Assembly: GCA_964517625.1 (NCBI GenBank)
Contig: CAZFBW010000002.1
Location: forward strand, 25,893 to 89,892
Length of the DNA stretch: 64,000 bases
DNA from: an uncultured Candidatus Saccharibacteria bacterium
GTDB lineage: Bacteria; Patescibacteriota; Minisyncoccia; Phycocordibacterales; UBA5272
Direction: 5' to 3'
The notes under the pieces are model-generated. The model was not told the origin of the DNA. It saw only the letters and a list, made by a program, of their open reading frames with translations, and did not search any database. Position 1 is the stretch's first letter. Every line of letters begins with the position of its first letter. Shown here in pieces: positions 19,363 to 30,505 of this stretch. The position numbers and the translations under genes were made by a program.

Positions 19363-20070
19363 ATGACACACACACTTACAAAACGAGGGTTTAAGGGCTT
19401 TACGCTTATCGAACTTCTCGTGGTTATTGCAATTATCGGTTTGCTTTCAACAATTATTGCGGCTCCTATTCAGAATGCCCGCAAGAAAGCTCGTGACTCA
19501 AAGAAAATCGCCGAAATTAAGGCAGTTCAGTTGGCTCTCGACCAGTATGCTGAAGCAAATGCAGGTCAGTATCCTTACGGCCTTGCTTACTTGGCTCCTA
19601 CATACATGCCGATTCTTCCATCGTTTGGTTCAACAACAATCGTTACAGTAGCTGATCGTGATAAGTTTGCATATACACCATATGCATCAGGTGGAGCTGG
19701 TCTTCTTGATAACAACAGATTTGCGTATCACTTGGGTGCTCACCTCGAAAACTTCTCACAAGGTCTTGATAATGACCGTGACTGTGTAGGTGCTGACAGA
19801 AGTTCTACATACGTTATTACTGCCGGAACGGGTACATGTGCGTTCTTCCCTTCACCAGTTGCTAACATTGATGGTTTGTACTCAGCTAGTACAAGCCCAA
19901 GTGCAAACAACTATCAGGCAGGTATGATTCTTCAGGTTGCTTATACTGGTAACATTGGTACTCCAGTATCAAACGCTGGTACTCAGTATGACTTCGATGG
20001 TTCAGATGGTGACATCACTCGTTGTGACGCAACATCAGACTGTATCTTCGACGTTAACTCTCAGCAGTAA
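19363..20070 (+). CDS. pilA: type IV (major) pilin with class III signal peptide
   Basis: KRGFKG/FTLIELLVVIAIIGLL prepilin cleavage-methylation motif with Glu5; C-terminal Cys pair RCDATSDC. Confidence 0.8.
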   Translation: MTHTLTKRGFKGFTLIELLVVIAIIGLLSTIIAAPIQNARKKARDSKKIAEIKAVQLALDQYAEANAGQYPYGLAYLAPTYMPILPSFGSTTIVTVADRDKFAYTPYASGGAGLLDNNRFAYHLGAHLENFSQGLDNDRDCVGADRSSTYVITAGTGTCAFFPSPVANIDGLYSASTSPSANNYQAGMILQVAYTGNIGTPVSNAGTQYDFDGSDGDITRCDATSDCIFDVNSQQ

Positions 20071-20084
20071 TCTACGTTAGTTAC

Positions 20085-20873
20085 GTGCTTGCTCTCCTAT
20101 CGTTTTTCTACGGCGCTTCTCTTGGAAGTTTTACCCAGGTTCTTGTAACCAGGCTCCATGTTGCGTCCGTGATGAATGGTAGAAGTAAGTGTCTATCGTG
20201 TGGGGAATCACTCAAATGGTTTGATTTGATTCCCATTCTTTCCTATCTTGTTTTACGCGGGAAATGTCGGACATGCAAAAACAGCTTCGGAATAGAGCAT
20301 CTCGTTATTGAGATTCTCTTCGGGGCTGTTTTTCTTTTCATTTACCGCGGAGTTTTGGCAGGTCAAGGGGTTACGCTTGATTCGTTTCTTTGGCTGGTGT
20401 ACTACACTATTCTTTGTATTAGTCTTGGTGCAATTACTCTGTACGACATTCGTCATAAAGTTGTTCCTAGTATTTTCTTCATCATCTTCTTAATTCTTTC
20501 GCTTATCACTATGGTAATGCGGTTTATTGTAGAAGGGGATTCGTATGCGTTCTTTGCACCACTTCTCGTCGCTTTTCCGTTTATTCTTGCGTTTATTGTC
20601 ACAAAGGGTAAAGCGCTTGGGTTTGGGGATATCTTGATGTACATGGCCGTTGGTGCATTCTTCGGTCTCGAGCAAGGATTAACCGTTCTCTTCCTGTCTG
20701 TGTGGATTGGCGGGGTGGTGGCACTTGTTCTTCACCTCAAAAATAGCAAAGTATACGGCATGAAAGCAGCCCTTCCCTTTGTGCCGTTTATTACACTTGC
20801 ATTTTTCATTGTTCTATTCACAGACATTGACATTCTATCCCTCGGTCGCACGCTTTCTGAATGGTATCATTAA
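20085..20873 (+). CDS. pilD: prepilin peptidase (A24 family)
   Basis: CLSCGESLKWFDLIPILSYLVLRGKCRTC zinc-binding tetracysteine; polytopic; catalytic Asp region. Confidence 0.85.
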   Translation: MLALLSFFYGASLGSFTQVLVTRLHVASVMNGRSKCLSCGESLKWFDLIPILSYLVLRGKCRTCKNSFGIEHLVIEILFGAVFLFIYRGVLAGQGVTLDSFLWLVYYTILCISLGAITLYDIRHKVVPSIFFIIFLILSLITMVMRFIVEGDSYAFFAPLLVAFPFILAFIVTKGKALGFGDILMYMAVGAFFGLEQGLTVLFLSVWIGGVVALVLHLKNSKVYGMKAALPFVPFITLAFFIVLFTDIDILSLGRTLSEWYH

Positions 20874-20876
20874 AGA

Positions 20877-21578
20877 ATGGTGAAACGTTTTTTCTCTGTG
20901 AAGGTAAAAGCTGGATTTACGGTGATTGAGCTTTTGGTGAGCCTGGGCATCATGATTACCATTATGACAACGGTGCTTGGTAACTACCCAGAGTCAAATA
21001 TTCGCGTTAATCTCGCCATGCTTGCCCATACGATTACACTTGCTCTGCGTGAGACACAAATCAGAGGCACAGCAATTGACTCAAGCGACCTCTCCGTTGG
21101 TGGGTATGGACTCTTTTTTGATAAAGCCACGTCTACGCAATTTGTTCTCTTTAAGGATTTTGCAACCGTTGCTGGTCCGAATGGTTTAGATGTTGGGGAT
21201 GGGGTGTATTCAATGATTTTTGGTTCTGATGAAACAGAATCAATCACAACATTTCCGTACAAATTTAAGGTGGGGAAGTTGTGTGTCGGTACAGGATATC
21301 CATTTACCGGGACAAACAATGGTTCATGTGACACTGATAACACGGCAAGTATGCCAACCATTAATACGGTAACAATTGCTTTTGTGCGACCAAGTCCACA
21401 ACCAATCATTACCATTAATCAAGACGATGCTCTTAATAAAAGAGACAGCATCTCAAATGGAATTTCTGGGGCCTGCATAGAGGTGACGTCTGAGAGTCCA
21501 AACAGGGAAGCGTATGTTCGCTCGGCGCAGGTGTATACGTCGGGAAGAATCGTGGCTTCAAAAGTTGGATGCCAATAA
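20877..21578 (+). CDS. minor pilin / pseudopilin (prepilin-type N-terminal domain)
   Basis: KAG/FTVIELLVSLGIM motif. Confidence 0.7.
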   Translation: MVKRFFSVKVKAGFTVIELLVSLGIMITIMTTVLGNYPESNIRVNLAMLAHTITLALRETQIRGTAIDSSDLSVGGYGLFFDKATSTQFVLFKDFATVAGPNGLDVGDGVYSMIFGSDETESITTFPYKFKVGKLCVGTGYPFTGTNNGSCDTDNTASMPTINTVTIAFVRPSPQPIITINQDDALNKRDSISNGISGACIEVTSESPNREAYVRSAQVYTSGRIVASKVGCQ

Positions 21579-22288
21579 CAACCATGAAACAAAAATCTTT
21601 TTTTACAAACAGTATACAGACGAAAGGGTTTACTCTCGTAGAGATGCTTGTTTCTTCTGCAATTTTTGCATCACTTGTGGTTATGGCAACAGGGGCTTTG
21701 TTTTCTGCGCAATCACTTAACACCAAAGTTCAGCAAACACAGATTATTTTAGATGGAGTTAATTTAAGTATGGAAACAATGATTCGTGATATTCGTTATG
21801 GATACAATTATCATTGCGCACAAACTTTTTCTACATCGTCTCCACCAGCCAATTTTGACCTTCGTCGAAGCTGTGGACTTGAAATTGATGGTTCTAATCC
21901 AACAGCGTTTGCAGGCAAGGCTTTAATTTTTCATCCCGTAGGTATTGCTGATGATACGGCGCGAGTTGCTTATTTTATTAAAACATCAGGAAGTAATTCT
22001 TCAATTCAAAAGGCGACATGTAATCCAAATCCACCTGGGCCTTGTGTGTGGGATGATGAGGTTGCACAAATAACAGGGGACGATGCTTATATCGACAACC
22101 TTTCTTTCTTTGTTGTTGGAGCAAATTCATCAATTGGTTCAGATGGTACAAATTTTGGGAACACAGCAGACGATATGCAACCACTTGTGACAGTTCTTTC
22201 TGGAGGAAAAACAAAACCAAGCGATGCGACACTGCCGGTTCCCTTCCATGTCCAGTATTCGTCTGTTTCGCGAAGCATTGATAATTAA
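21569..22288 (+). CDS. minor pilin / pseudopilin
   Basis: TKG/FTLVEMLVSSAIFASL motif. Confidence 0.7.
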   Translation: MPITTMKQKSFFTNSIQTKGFTLVEMLVSSAIFASLVVMATGALFSAQSLNTKVQQTQIILDGVNLSMETMIRDIRYGYNYHCAQTFSTSSPPANFDLRRSCGLEIDGSNPTAFAGKALIFHPVGIADDTARVAYFIKTSGSNSSIQKATCNPNPPGPCVWDDEVAQITGDDAYIDNLSFFVVGANSSIGSDGTNFGNTADDMQPLVTVLSGGKTKPSDATLPVPFHVQYSSVSRSIDN

Positions 22289-22291
22289 CAT

Positions 22292-23047
22292 ATGAAAACA
22301 AAGTTTCCATCATTTTTAAAACCAAGACGAGCCTTCACCCTTATTGAAACACTGCTTGCAACGCTTGTAATTTCTATGGTGATTTTAGGACCGCTTACGG
22401 TATCTATTACATCGTCATCGTATGCAAAAGATACCAAAAAGGTGATTACAGCAAGCTATCTTGCTCATGAGGGTCTTGAACTCATTCGTTTTAAGCGTGA
22501 CAGCGCTTTCGTTGAGTGTCAGAGTGGTCAGGCTACCTGCGTACCGATTTCATTTACAGCGTCATCTATGGAGAATACACAACAGGCGTCGTGGAGAATT
22601 TTTAAGGAGCGTTTTAGAACAGCCGTTAATGGAAATGGTGTGCAACCATCATGTTTTACCGATGACGATCCGGAAGGGTGTGCTTTTGATGTGTATGGTG
22701 TTACCCAAACCGGGTCAGGAATTGCAAACAGGTATGTTGCTGCAGATGACAGGTGTTCATCCATGTACACAGACAACAGGTTGGATCAACCATCTGGATA
22801 CGATGTCACAGGGATGGGGGTTACGGATAGGGTGTATGTATGTAAGGAAAACGGTTTACCATATGACTACTCTGACACAGGGTTTGCACGTGTCATTAAA
22901 TTAACACCAGTTTCTCTCTCCTATGGTGATGATTATCAAAAAATGTATGAAGATGATGTTCGTGTTGAGTCGGCGGTGACATATACTCGCGTACATGGCA
23001 TCAAACGTACCGTACGTGCTGTTGATTATTTGCACGCTCGCCCATAA
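22292..23047 (+). CDS. minor pilin / pseudopilin
   Basis: RRA/FTLIETLLATLVISMV motif. Confidence 0.65.
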   Translation: MKTKFPSFLKPRRAFTLIETLLATLVISMVILGPLTVSITSSSYAKDTKKVITASYLAHEGLELIRFKRDSAFVECQSGQATCVPISFTASSMENTQQASWRIFKERFRTAVNGNGVQPSCFTDDDPEGCAFDVYGVTQTGSGIANRYVAADDRCSSMYTDNRLDQPSGYDVTGMGVTDRVYVCKENGLPYDYSDTGFARVIKLTPVSLSYGDDYQKMYEDDVRVESAVTYTRVHGIKRTVRAVDYLHARP

Positions 23048-23050
23048 TCT

Positions 23051-23671
23051 ATGAAAACTATTTTTAAACAATTTCGTTCTGATAAAAAAGCGTTCATCAT
23101 GCCTCTTACACTTACCCTTGCTGCACTTATTTTAACTGTTGCAGGCGGAATTACGATGATTATTGGTAAAGAATTATTTTTCTCTCGCCTTACGCGCGAA
23201 AGTGCTACCGCATACTATACTGCTGACACCGCACTTGAGTGTGCAACGGTTGTTGATGAATCATACAACGGTACCGATGGCAATGGATTGTTCCAATATG
23301 ATTTGCTCAACGAAGCAACCTCCACACTTAATTACGTAAACACTATCCGTCAGGCCCAAGGTATTAGAACGCTTCTCCTAACTGATATTTTGTGTGCGTC
23401 TGTTCCAATTTTAGATTCCGATCGTTCTTCATTTACCACCACCACTACCGACAGCACAGGCTCCGCACTTCAGGACCCATATGGAAATCAAACAGTAATG
23501 TCATCATTTACGATGATGATGGATACCGGCGAGGGAACAGTTGCTTGCGCGAAGGTAACGGTTGAGAAGAGCCTAAGTTGGCGTCAGATTATTGCGCGTG
23601 GATTTAACTCTTGTAATTTCGGCACAAAAAACCTTCTTGAACGCGCGGTAATCAGCACTTCGGAGCGCTAA
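23051..23671 (+). CDS. PilX-like minor pilin
   Basis: N-terminal hydrophobic helix MPLTLTLAALILTVAGGITM without Glu5; last gene of the pilus block. Confidence 0.5.
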   Translation: MKTIFKQFRSDKKAFIMPLTLTLAALILTVAGGITMIIGKELFFSRLTRESATAYYTADTALECATVVDESYNGTDGNGLFQYDLLNEATSTLNYVNTIRQAQGIRTLLLTDILCASVPILDSDRSSFTTTTTDSTGSALQDPYGNQTVMSSFTMMMDTGEGTVACAKVTVEKSLSWRQIIARGFNSCNFGTKNLLERAVISTSER

Positions 23672-23674
23672 TAA

Positions 23675-25732
<2,058 letters not shown>

Positions 25733-25742
25733 ATAATGCGGA

Positions 25743-26159
25743 GTGGATATTGTATCAACTAACGGGAGAAAGCATTTGTCAAAACAGCAAAGCAGAAATG
25801 CCAAACCACACTTCCAACCCCGTCGCGAAGATAAAGGTAAACCAAGTAAAGGGAGAGCAAACCTTCATCTAGTTTCGAGTGAGGGTAGTTTCGAAATAAA
25901 AAAAGGTAAAGTTGCTGAGGATGAAGCAAAAGCAAGGGCAGACGGTCTTTTTAGGGATGTGCACCGAGGTTACTGTTGTATGTGTAAGGTGAAAACCGAC
26001 ACAATCTATGCCTGGGTCTTTATGTTCTGGGAAGATGGAGAAACTGAGCATTGGAGAGATAGAAGGCTTCAGCATGCTGGCGTTTGTTCTGGTGTTTGTA
26101 GTCGAGAATACGATGCTCTCGATTATAGCCAGAAAATGGTGCAGGTAAGGGGTAGGTAG
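25743..26159 (+). CDS. hypothetical basic Cys-containing protein
   Basis: 138 aa, Lys/Arg-rich N-terminus, CCMCKV...CSGVCS; followed by a terminator. Confidence 0.3.
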   Translation: MDIVSTNGRKHLSKQQSRNAKPHFQPRREDKGKPSKGRANLHLVSSEGSFEIKKGKVAEDEAKARADGLFRDVHRGYCCMCKVKTDTIYAWVFMFWEDGETEHWRDRRLQHAGVCSGVCSREYDALDYSQKMVQVRGR

Positions 26160-26173
26160 TAGCGGAAGAATTT

Positions 26174-26200
26174 AAAGGCGAGCGCAAGTGCTCGCCTTTT
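26174..26200 (+). terminator. rho-independent terminator (GGCGAGC-gcaagt-GCTCGCC-T5)
   Basis: Seen directly. Confidence 0.55.
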
Positions 26201-26220
26201 TCGTTTGGGGAGGTTGGTTA

Positions 26221-26229
26221 TGGTAGAAT
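26221..26229 (+). promoter_or_regulatory. extended -10 TGGTAGAAT 9 nt before the gatC ATG (leaderless-type arrangement)
   Basis: Seen directly. Confidence 0.4.
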
Positions 26230-26238
26230 ATCAACATT

Positions 26239-26523
26239 ATGGTATTTACTGAAAAAGATTTGGATAATTTAAGTCAGCTTGCGCGTGTAAGTGTCAGTGC
26301 TGAGGAAAAGGAAAAAATGCTTCACGACATGCAATCCATTTTGGGTTATGTAAGTGAAATCAACGCAGTATCAGGAAGCGTTGAGCGTGAAGTTCCAGAA
26401 CTTCGCAATGTGTTTCGTGATGATGTTATCACTCATGAAACAGGTTCTAATACTAAAGCAGTTTTGTCCGAAGCACCTGCAACTGAAGATGGCTTTGTAA
26501 AAGTTAATCAAGTTTTTAAATAA
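26239..26523 (+). CDS. gatC: Asp-tRNA(Asn)/Glu-tRNA(Gln) amidotransferase subunit C
   Basis: 94 aa; LSQLARVSVSAEEKEKMLHDMQSILGYV typical GatC. Confidence 0.8.
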   Translation: MVFTEKDLDNLSQLARVSVSAEEKEKMLHDMQSILGYVSEINAVSGSVEREVPELRNVFRDDVITHETGSNTKAVLSEAPATEDGFVKVNQVFK

Positions 26524-26524
26524 C

Positions 26525-27931
26525 ATGAAATCAGTTGCCGAACTCCACGATGCATTAGCAAAAGGAACGCTCACCATTGAGGAGCTTGTTCTAAGTGCCA
26601 AGAAAACGATTAAAGAAAAAGACGGCGAGATTCATGCACTTCTCGGGCTATATAGTGACGCACTTATTGGTGAACAAATTAAAAAAGCGAAAGAAATGTT
26701 TGCAAATAAAACCGCAACCACACTTACCGGTATTCCTTTTATTTTTAAAGATAATCTTCTTGTGAAAGGTGAACTTGCAACTGGGGGGTCTAAAATTCTT
26801 GAACACTACAAAGCGGTCTATGATGGCTCAGTTGTTGCAAAATTAAAAGCGGAAGGTGCGATTTTACTTGGGCGTGCAAATATGGATGAATTTGCTATGG
26901 GCTCGAGTACCGAAAATTCAGCCTATGGTGTAACTAAAAATCCTCACGATACAACACGTGTAGCAGGTGGTTCATCTGGTGGGTCTGCGGCAGCGGTGTC
27001 TGCAGGATACGTGCCAGTGTCACTTGGTTCAGACACTGGAGGCTCTATTCGCCAACCGGCGGCGTTTTGTGGTGTGGTGGGACTTAAGACCACCTACGGC
27101 GCGGTGTCACGCTCAGGCGTGATGGCCATGGGCTCATCACTTGATCAGATTGGGCCATTTGGAACGTGTGTTGATGATGTTGAAGCAGTGTTTGATGTGA
27201 TTTCATTTCACGATCCACTCGATAGCACATCACTTCCTAAAAATGCGCGAGCATACAACAAACCTGCTAAAAAAGTAATCGGTGTGCCGAGAGATTTCGT
27301 CGAACAAAAAGGCGTTGATAAAGAAGTACTTGCAAATTTTAATGAATCGCTTGAGAAGATGAAGAAAGCGGGTTACACGATTAAAGATGTTTCAGTTAAA
27401 CATATTGAGAAAGCACTTTCCGTGTACTACATTTTGATGCCGGCTGAAGTATCAAGTAACTTAGCACGCTATGACGGTATTCGCTATGGACTTTCTGTTC
27501 CTGGAGATACAAGCATTAGAGGATATTTTGAATCGCGTACGGCCGGGTTTGGTGATGAGGTGCGCAGAAGAATATTGCTCGGTACGTATGTACTTTCATC
27601 TGGGTACTACGATGCATACTACAATAAAGCAAATCTTGTAAAAGGCATGCTTGTAAAAGAATTCAATCGCGTGTTTGAAGAGGTAGATGTGATCGCAACA
27701 CCGACCACGCCAACAACATCGTTTAAGGTTGGAGAAAAATCCCATGACCCACTTTCCATGTATTTGGCAGATATCTTTACTGTGCCTGTAAACATTGTCG
27801 GCGTTCCAGCAATCTCTATTCCAACAGGTAAGGATTCTCAGAATCTTCCTTTTTCGATGCAGTTCATTGCTCCGCATAATGGAGAAAAGCTTTTGTTCAC
27901 TTACGGCAGAACACTTGAAGGGTTATACTAG
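26525..27931 (+). CDS. gatA: Asp-tRNA(Asn)/Glu-tRNA(Gln) amidotransferase subunit A (amidase signature)
   Basis: [14 protein letters not shown] amidase signature; 468 aa. Confidence 0.9.
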   Translation: MKSVAELHDALAKGTLTIEELVLSAKKTIKEKDGEIHALLGLYSDALIGEQIKKAKEMFANKTATTLTGIPFIFKDNLLVKGELATGGSKILEHYKAVYDGSVVAKLKAEGAILLGRANMDEFAMGSSTENSAYGVTKNPHDTTRVAGGSSGGSAAAVSAGYVPVSLGSDTGGSIRQPAAFCGVVGLKTTYGAVSRSGVMAMGSSLDQIGPFGTCVDDVEAVFDVISFHDPLDSTSLPKNARAYNKPAKKVIGVPRDFVEQKGVDKEVLANFNESLEKMKKAGYTIKDVSVKHIEKALSVYYILMPAEVSSNLARYDGIRYGLSVPGDTSIRGYFESRTAGFGDEVRRRILLGTYVLSSGYYDAYYNKANLVKGMLVKEFNRVFEEVDVIATPTTPTTSFKVGEKSHDPLSMYLADIFTVPVNIVGVPAISIPTGKDSQNLPFSMQFIAPHNGEKLLFTYGRTLEGLY

Positions 27932-27936
27932 AAGGG

Positions 27937-29325
27937 ATGTATTCGCTTAATCTCGACTACCTGTTTAATCGCGTCTACGATGTACTTCTCTGGATGAAGT
28001 ATGTTTGGCTTTTTGTTTTCTTGCGAAAAAATCCGGAAGACTACTTAGCAGAGAATGTTGGTAGAGAGTGGGATGGTTTGCGCGACAGGGGATGGTTTAA
28101 CGATTATTTTGCTACAAAAGATGCCGCAGCAAGCGCAGTTTCTAATGAAACTACCTGGCAAAAAATTCTTCATTTGTTTGGTATTAAAGATAGAGACACC
28201 GATGGCGATGGTATTTCAAACATTGTTGATAGTAAGCCATACGACCCCAACAATTTGACGCAAGCGCAACTGAAAGAACGCTTTGAGCAAGATTATACAT
28301 TTGGCGATAAAGTACGCGACCTGTTTGGACTTGCTCCGAAAGATACTGATAGGGATGGCGTACCGGACAGTTATGAAAAGGCGCATGGGCTTAATCCAAA
28401 TCAAACCGATACCGATCGAGATAATTCAAGTGACGGGCAAGAATTGACTGTTGGCACTGACCCACTTAATAATGATACTGATAGAGATTTAATACTTGAT
28501 GGACGCGATGAAGCACCGCTTGATGGGAAGGTTTCTTCAATTGGACAAGATACCGATGGCGATGGGGTAAGCGACAGATTGGAAAATCTTTTGGGGACAA
28601 ATATTGAAAACAGGGATACTGACGGCGATGGCATTCCAGATGGTATGGATACGTATCCGACCGACCTCAATAACGACGGAACGTATGCGCTTCCAGATTT
28701 CGGACAAGCTCTTGATGGATTACAAACATCAATTCGCAACCCGGTACTTGCTTTTGTTTCTGATATGTTTTCGGTGATGGCAGTTATTGCGCTCTGTTTT
28801 TTTGTGGTTATCATCATGATGTGGGTGATTAAGTTTTGGAACTCACTCAATAAGTACGATGAACATTTTGTGCAAGAGGAAGAGGAAAAGCAAAAAGAAA
28901 AACCCGAAGAAAAATATGGAGGTGAACATATCGGCATTCCGGGACTTGCGGTTTCTGAAGATGTGACCTTCTCAGAGGAGATACCAGTACCACCACCATC
29001 GAATGAAGAGTTCGAAAGCCATCCACGTTGGGCAATTGTTGAAGGATATATGTCGTCAAACGTTGAAGCGTTGTGGAGAATCGGTATTATCGAGGCGGAC
29101 AACATGCTCCGTGAAGTGTTAGCAGAAAAAGGATATGCAGGAGAAGATGTCGGCGAGATGCTCATGACGGCAAAGTTTAAGACGGTGCAGTTGGCGTGGG
29201 ATGCACATTTGGTGCGGAATAAAATTGCTCACGAAGGGTCAAACTATACCTTGACCGCTCGCGAAGCGAAAAGAGTCTTTGCTCTCTATGAGTCTGTATT
29301 TTTGGAATTAGGAGCGATTCAATAA
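27937..29325 (+). CDS. membrane protein with six thrombospondin-type-3-like Ca-binding repeats (DTDGDG/DTDRDG), internal TM helix and C-terminal cytoplasmic domain
   Basis: Repeats DTDGDGISN, DTDRDGVPD, DTDRDNSSDGQE, DTDRDLILDGRDE, DTDGDGVSD, DTDGDGIPDGMD; TM AVIALCFFVVIIMMWVI; sits where gatB is normally found. Confidence 0.5.
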   Translation: MYSLNLDYLFNRVYDVLLWMKYVWLFVFLRKNPEDYLAENVGREWDGLRDRGWFNDYFATKDAAASAVSNETTWQKILHLFGIKDRDTDGDGISNIVDSKPYDPNNLTQAQLKERFEQDYTFGDKVRDLFGLAPKDTDRDGVPDSYEKAHGLNPNQTDTDRDNSSDGQELTVGTDPLNNDTDRDLILDGRDEAPLDGKVSSIGQDTDGDGVSDRLENLLGTNIENRDTDGDGIPDGMDTYPTDLNNDGTYALPDFGQALDGLQTSIRNPVLAFVSDMFSVMAVIALCFFVVIIMMWVIKFWNSLNKYDEHFVQEEEEKQKEKPEEKYGGEHIGIPGLAVSEDVTFSEEIPVPPPSNEEFESHPRWAIVEGYMSSNVEALWRIGIIEADNMLREVLAEKGYAGEDVGEMLMTAKFKTVQLAWDAHLVRNKIAHEGSNYTLTAREAKRVFALYESVFLELGAIQ

Positions 29326-29357
29326 TAAAAAGCAGTCTTGAATAATAATCTTATTTG

Positions 29358-29366
29358 TGGTATTAT
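29358..29366 (+). promoter_or_regulatory. extended -10 TGGTATTAT embedded in an 8-bp inverted repeat (ATTTGTGG...CCACAAAT) upstream of tRNA-fMet
   Basis: Seen directly. Confidence 0.4.
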
Positions 29367-29381
29367 TTGTTCCACAAATAT

Positions 29382-29452
29382 AGCGGGGTAGAGTAGAGGT
29401 AACTCACGAGGCTCATAACCTCGGGACACAGGTTCGATTCCTGTCCCCGCAA
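29382..29452 (+). tRNA. tRNA-Met (CAU), initiator-like (1:72 A-A mismatch, CCCCGCAA 3' end)
   Basis: AGCGGGGTAGAGTAGAGGTAACTCACGAGGCTCATAACCTCGGGACACAGGTTCGATTCCTGTCCCCGCAA; cloverleaf checked by hand. Confidence 0.8.
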
Positions 29453-29460
29453 CAAGCAAA

Positions 29461-29511
29461 GCTACGTGACAAAAGCTGGTTTCATCGCCCATCACGTAGC
29501 GGTGGGCGATG
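29461..29511 (+). repeat. two interleaved 9-bp inverted repeats (GCTACGTGA/TCACGTAGC and CATCGCCCA/TGGGCGATG) between two tRNA genes
   Basis: The 3' arm of the first stem forms the loop of the second; this gives a pseudoknot or mutually exclusive hairpins. Confidence 0.45.
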
Positions 29512-29543
29512 AATGGTGTACTATAATGTGTAAGTTAATAGAA

Positions 29544-29617
29544 GTCAGTGTAGCTCAGTTGGTTAGAGCGAGGGACTCATAAGCCCTAGGTCGGAGGTTC
29601 GATCCCTCCCACTGACA
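29544..29617 (+). tRNA. tRNA with CAU anticodon (elongator Met or lysidine-modified Ile2)
   Basis: GTCAGTGTAGCTCAGTTGGTTAGAGCGAGGGACTCATAAGCCCTAGGTCGGAGGTTCGATCCCTCCCACTGACA; perfect acceptor and T stems; own promoter TACTATAAT upstream. Confidence 0.75.
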
Positions 29618-29670
29618 CCCGTTTCGGCGGATTCTAGTTTTCTGCTAGAATGTGTAAGTTAGAAAAATAT

Positions 29671-29745
29671 GCAGTGGTAGCCCGAGAAGCTTGGCTTCGA
29701 AGGTGTCCGTAGCTACCAAGCGAAGGGCGCAGCTGGTTCGAAGAA
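29671..29745 (+). pseudogene. tRNA-Asp 5' fragment interrupted by a 45-nt palindromic insertion (pseudo-tRNA)
   Basis: Begins GCAGTGGTAGC (identical to tRNA-Asp nt 1-11), then a 45-nt insertion with GAAGCTTGGCTTC palindrome, then GCGCAGCTGGTTCGAAG (D-arm-like); lacks anticodon and T arms; preceded by a duplicated promoter motif AATGTGTAAGTTA. Confidence 0.3.
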
Positions 29746-29782
29746 GGGTTGTAAAAGTGAGTCGGTGTACAAAATATAATAT

Positions 29783-29856
29783 GCAGTGGTAGCTCAGCTG
29801 GTTAGAGCACCGCCCTGTCACGGCGGGGGTCGTGGGTTCAAGTCCCATTCACTGCG
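29783..29856 (+). tRNA. tRNA-Asp (GUC)
   Basis: GCAGTGGTAGCTCAGCTGGTTAGAGCACCGCCCTGTCACGGCGGGGGTCGTGGGTTCAAGTCCCATTCACTGCG; anticodon loop CUGUCAC; G73. Confidence 0.8.
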
Positions 29857-29922
29857 CATAAAGCAAAAACAATGGTTCTCGCCATTGTTTTTGCTTGTGT
29901 ATGGGTATAGTATATATACACC

Positions 29923-30453
29923 ATGCACCACGAAATTGAGCGAAAGTTTCTCGTGCAAAAAATGCCAAAATTAAGGGGCATCAAAGTTGTGCCTCAGGAA
30001 AGGTATTTTATACAGCAAGGGGAAGAGGGGATAGTTGAGGAGGGTTTTAAAAGGACGGGCAATGTTTTTCAGCATGAATTGAAGATTTCTATTGCTCCAG
30101 ATGAAAGAACACAAGAAATTATTATTATCACTAAAGAAGAATTTGAACGATTTAAGAAAAATAGTACAAAGGTTATTTATCGTGACAGTTATCTTGTTTC
30201 AGAAAAACCACGCATTTTAATAAAAAAATATAAAGGCGATTACGAAGGATTGGTGCTTGCGGAAGTTGAATTTGATTCGCATGAAGAGGCAGAAAAATTT
30301 GTCGCGCTCGATTGGATGGGCGCAGAAGTAACCGATACGCTGATAGGTAAAGACGCACACCTGGTTACTTTAAGTAGGAAAGAGTTTCAAAAAATCGTCA
30401 AAGAAGCTGAAGAAATTTTCAATTTCGACGAAACCAAAGAAAGCATTAATTAG
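29923..30453 (+). CDS. CYTH-domain protein (triphosphate tunnel metalloenzyme / CyaB-like)
   Basis: N-terminal EIERKFLV (ExExK) signature and later LAEVEF motif; 176 aa. Confidence 0.7.
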   Translation: MHHEIERKFLVQKMPKLRGIKVVPQERYFIQQGEEGIVEEGFKRTGNVFQHELKISIAPDERTQEIIIITKEEFERFKKNSTKVIYRDSYLVSEKPRILIKKYKGDYEGLVLAEVEFDSHEEAEKFVALDWMGAEVTDTLIGKDAHLVTLSRKEFQKIVKEAEEIFNFDETKESIN

Positions 30454-30505
30454 CAACCTCTATCAACAGGGGAAATACCTATTCGTGGGATATACTTAAT
30501 CTCAT

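Noticed and set aside
28401-29165. 254-aa Ser-rich minus-strand ORF
   Set aside because: Antisense to the + strand TSP3-repeat protein, which has recognisable repeated DTDGDG motifs; the Ser-richness reflects the complementary strand of Asp/Gly codons.
29645-29974. ORFs 29645-29848(-) and 29786-29974(+)
   Set aside because: They overlap three hand-folded tRNA genes and a pseudo-tRNA; they are not coding.
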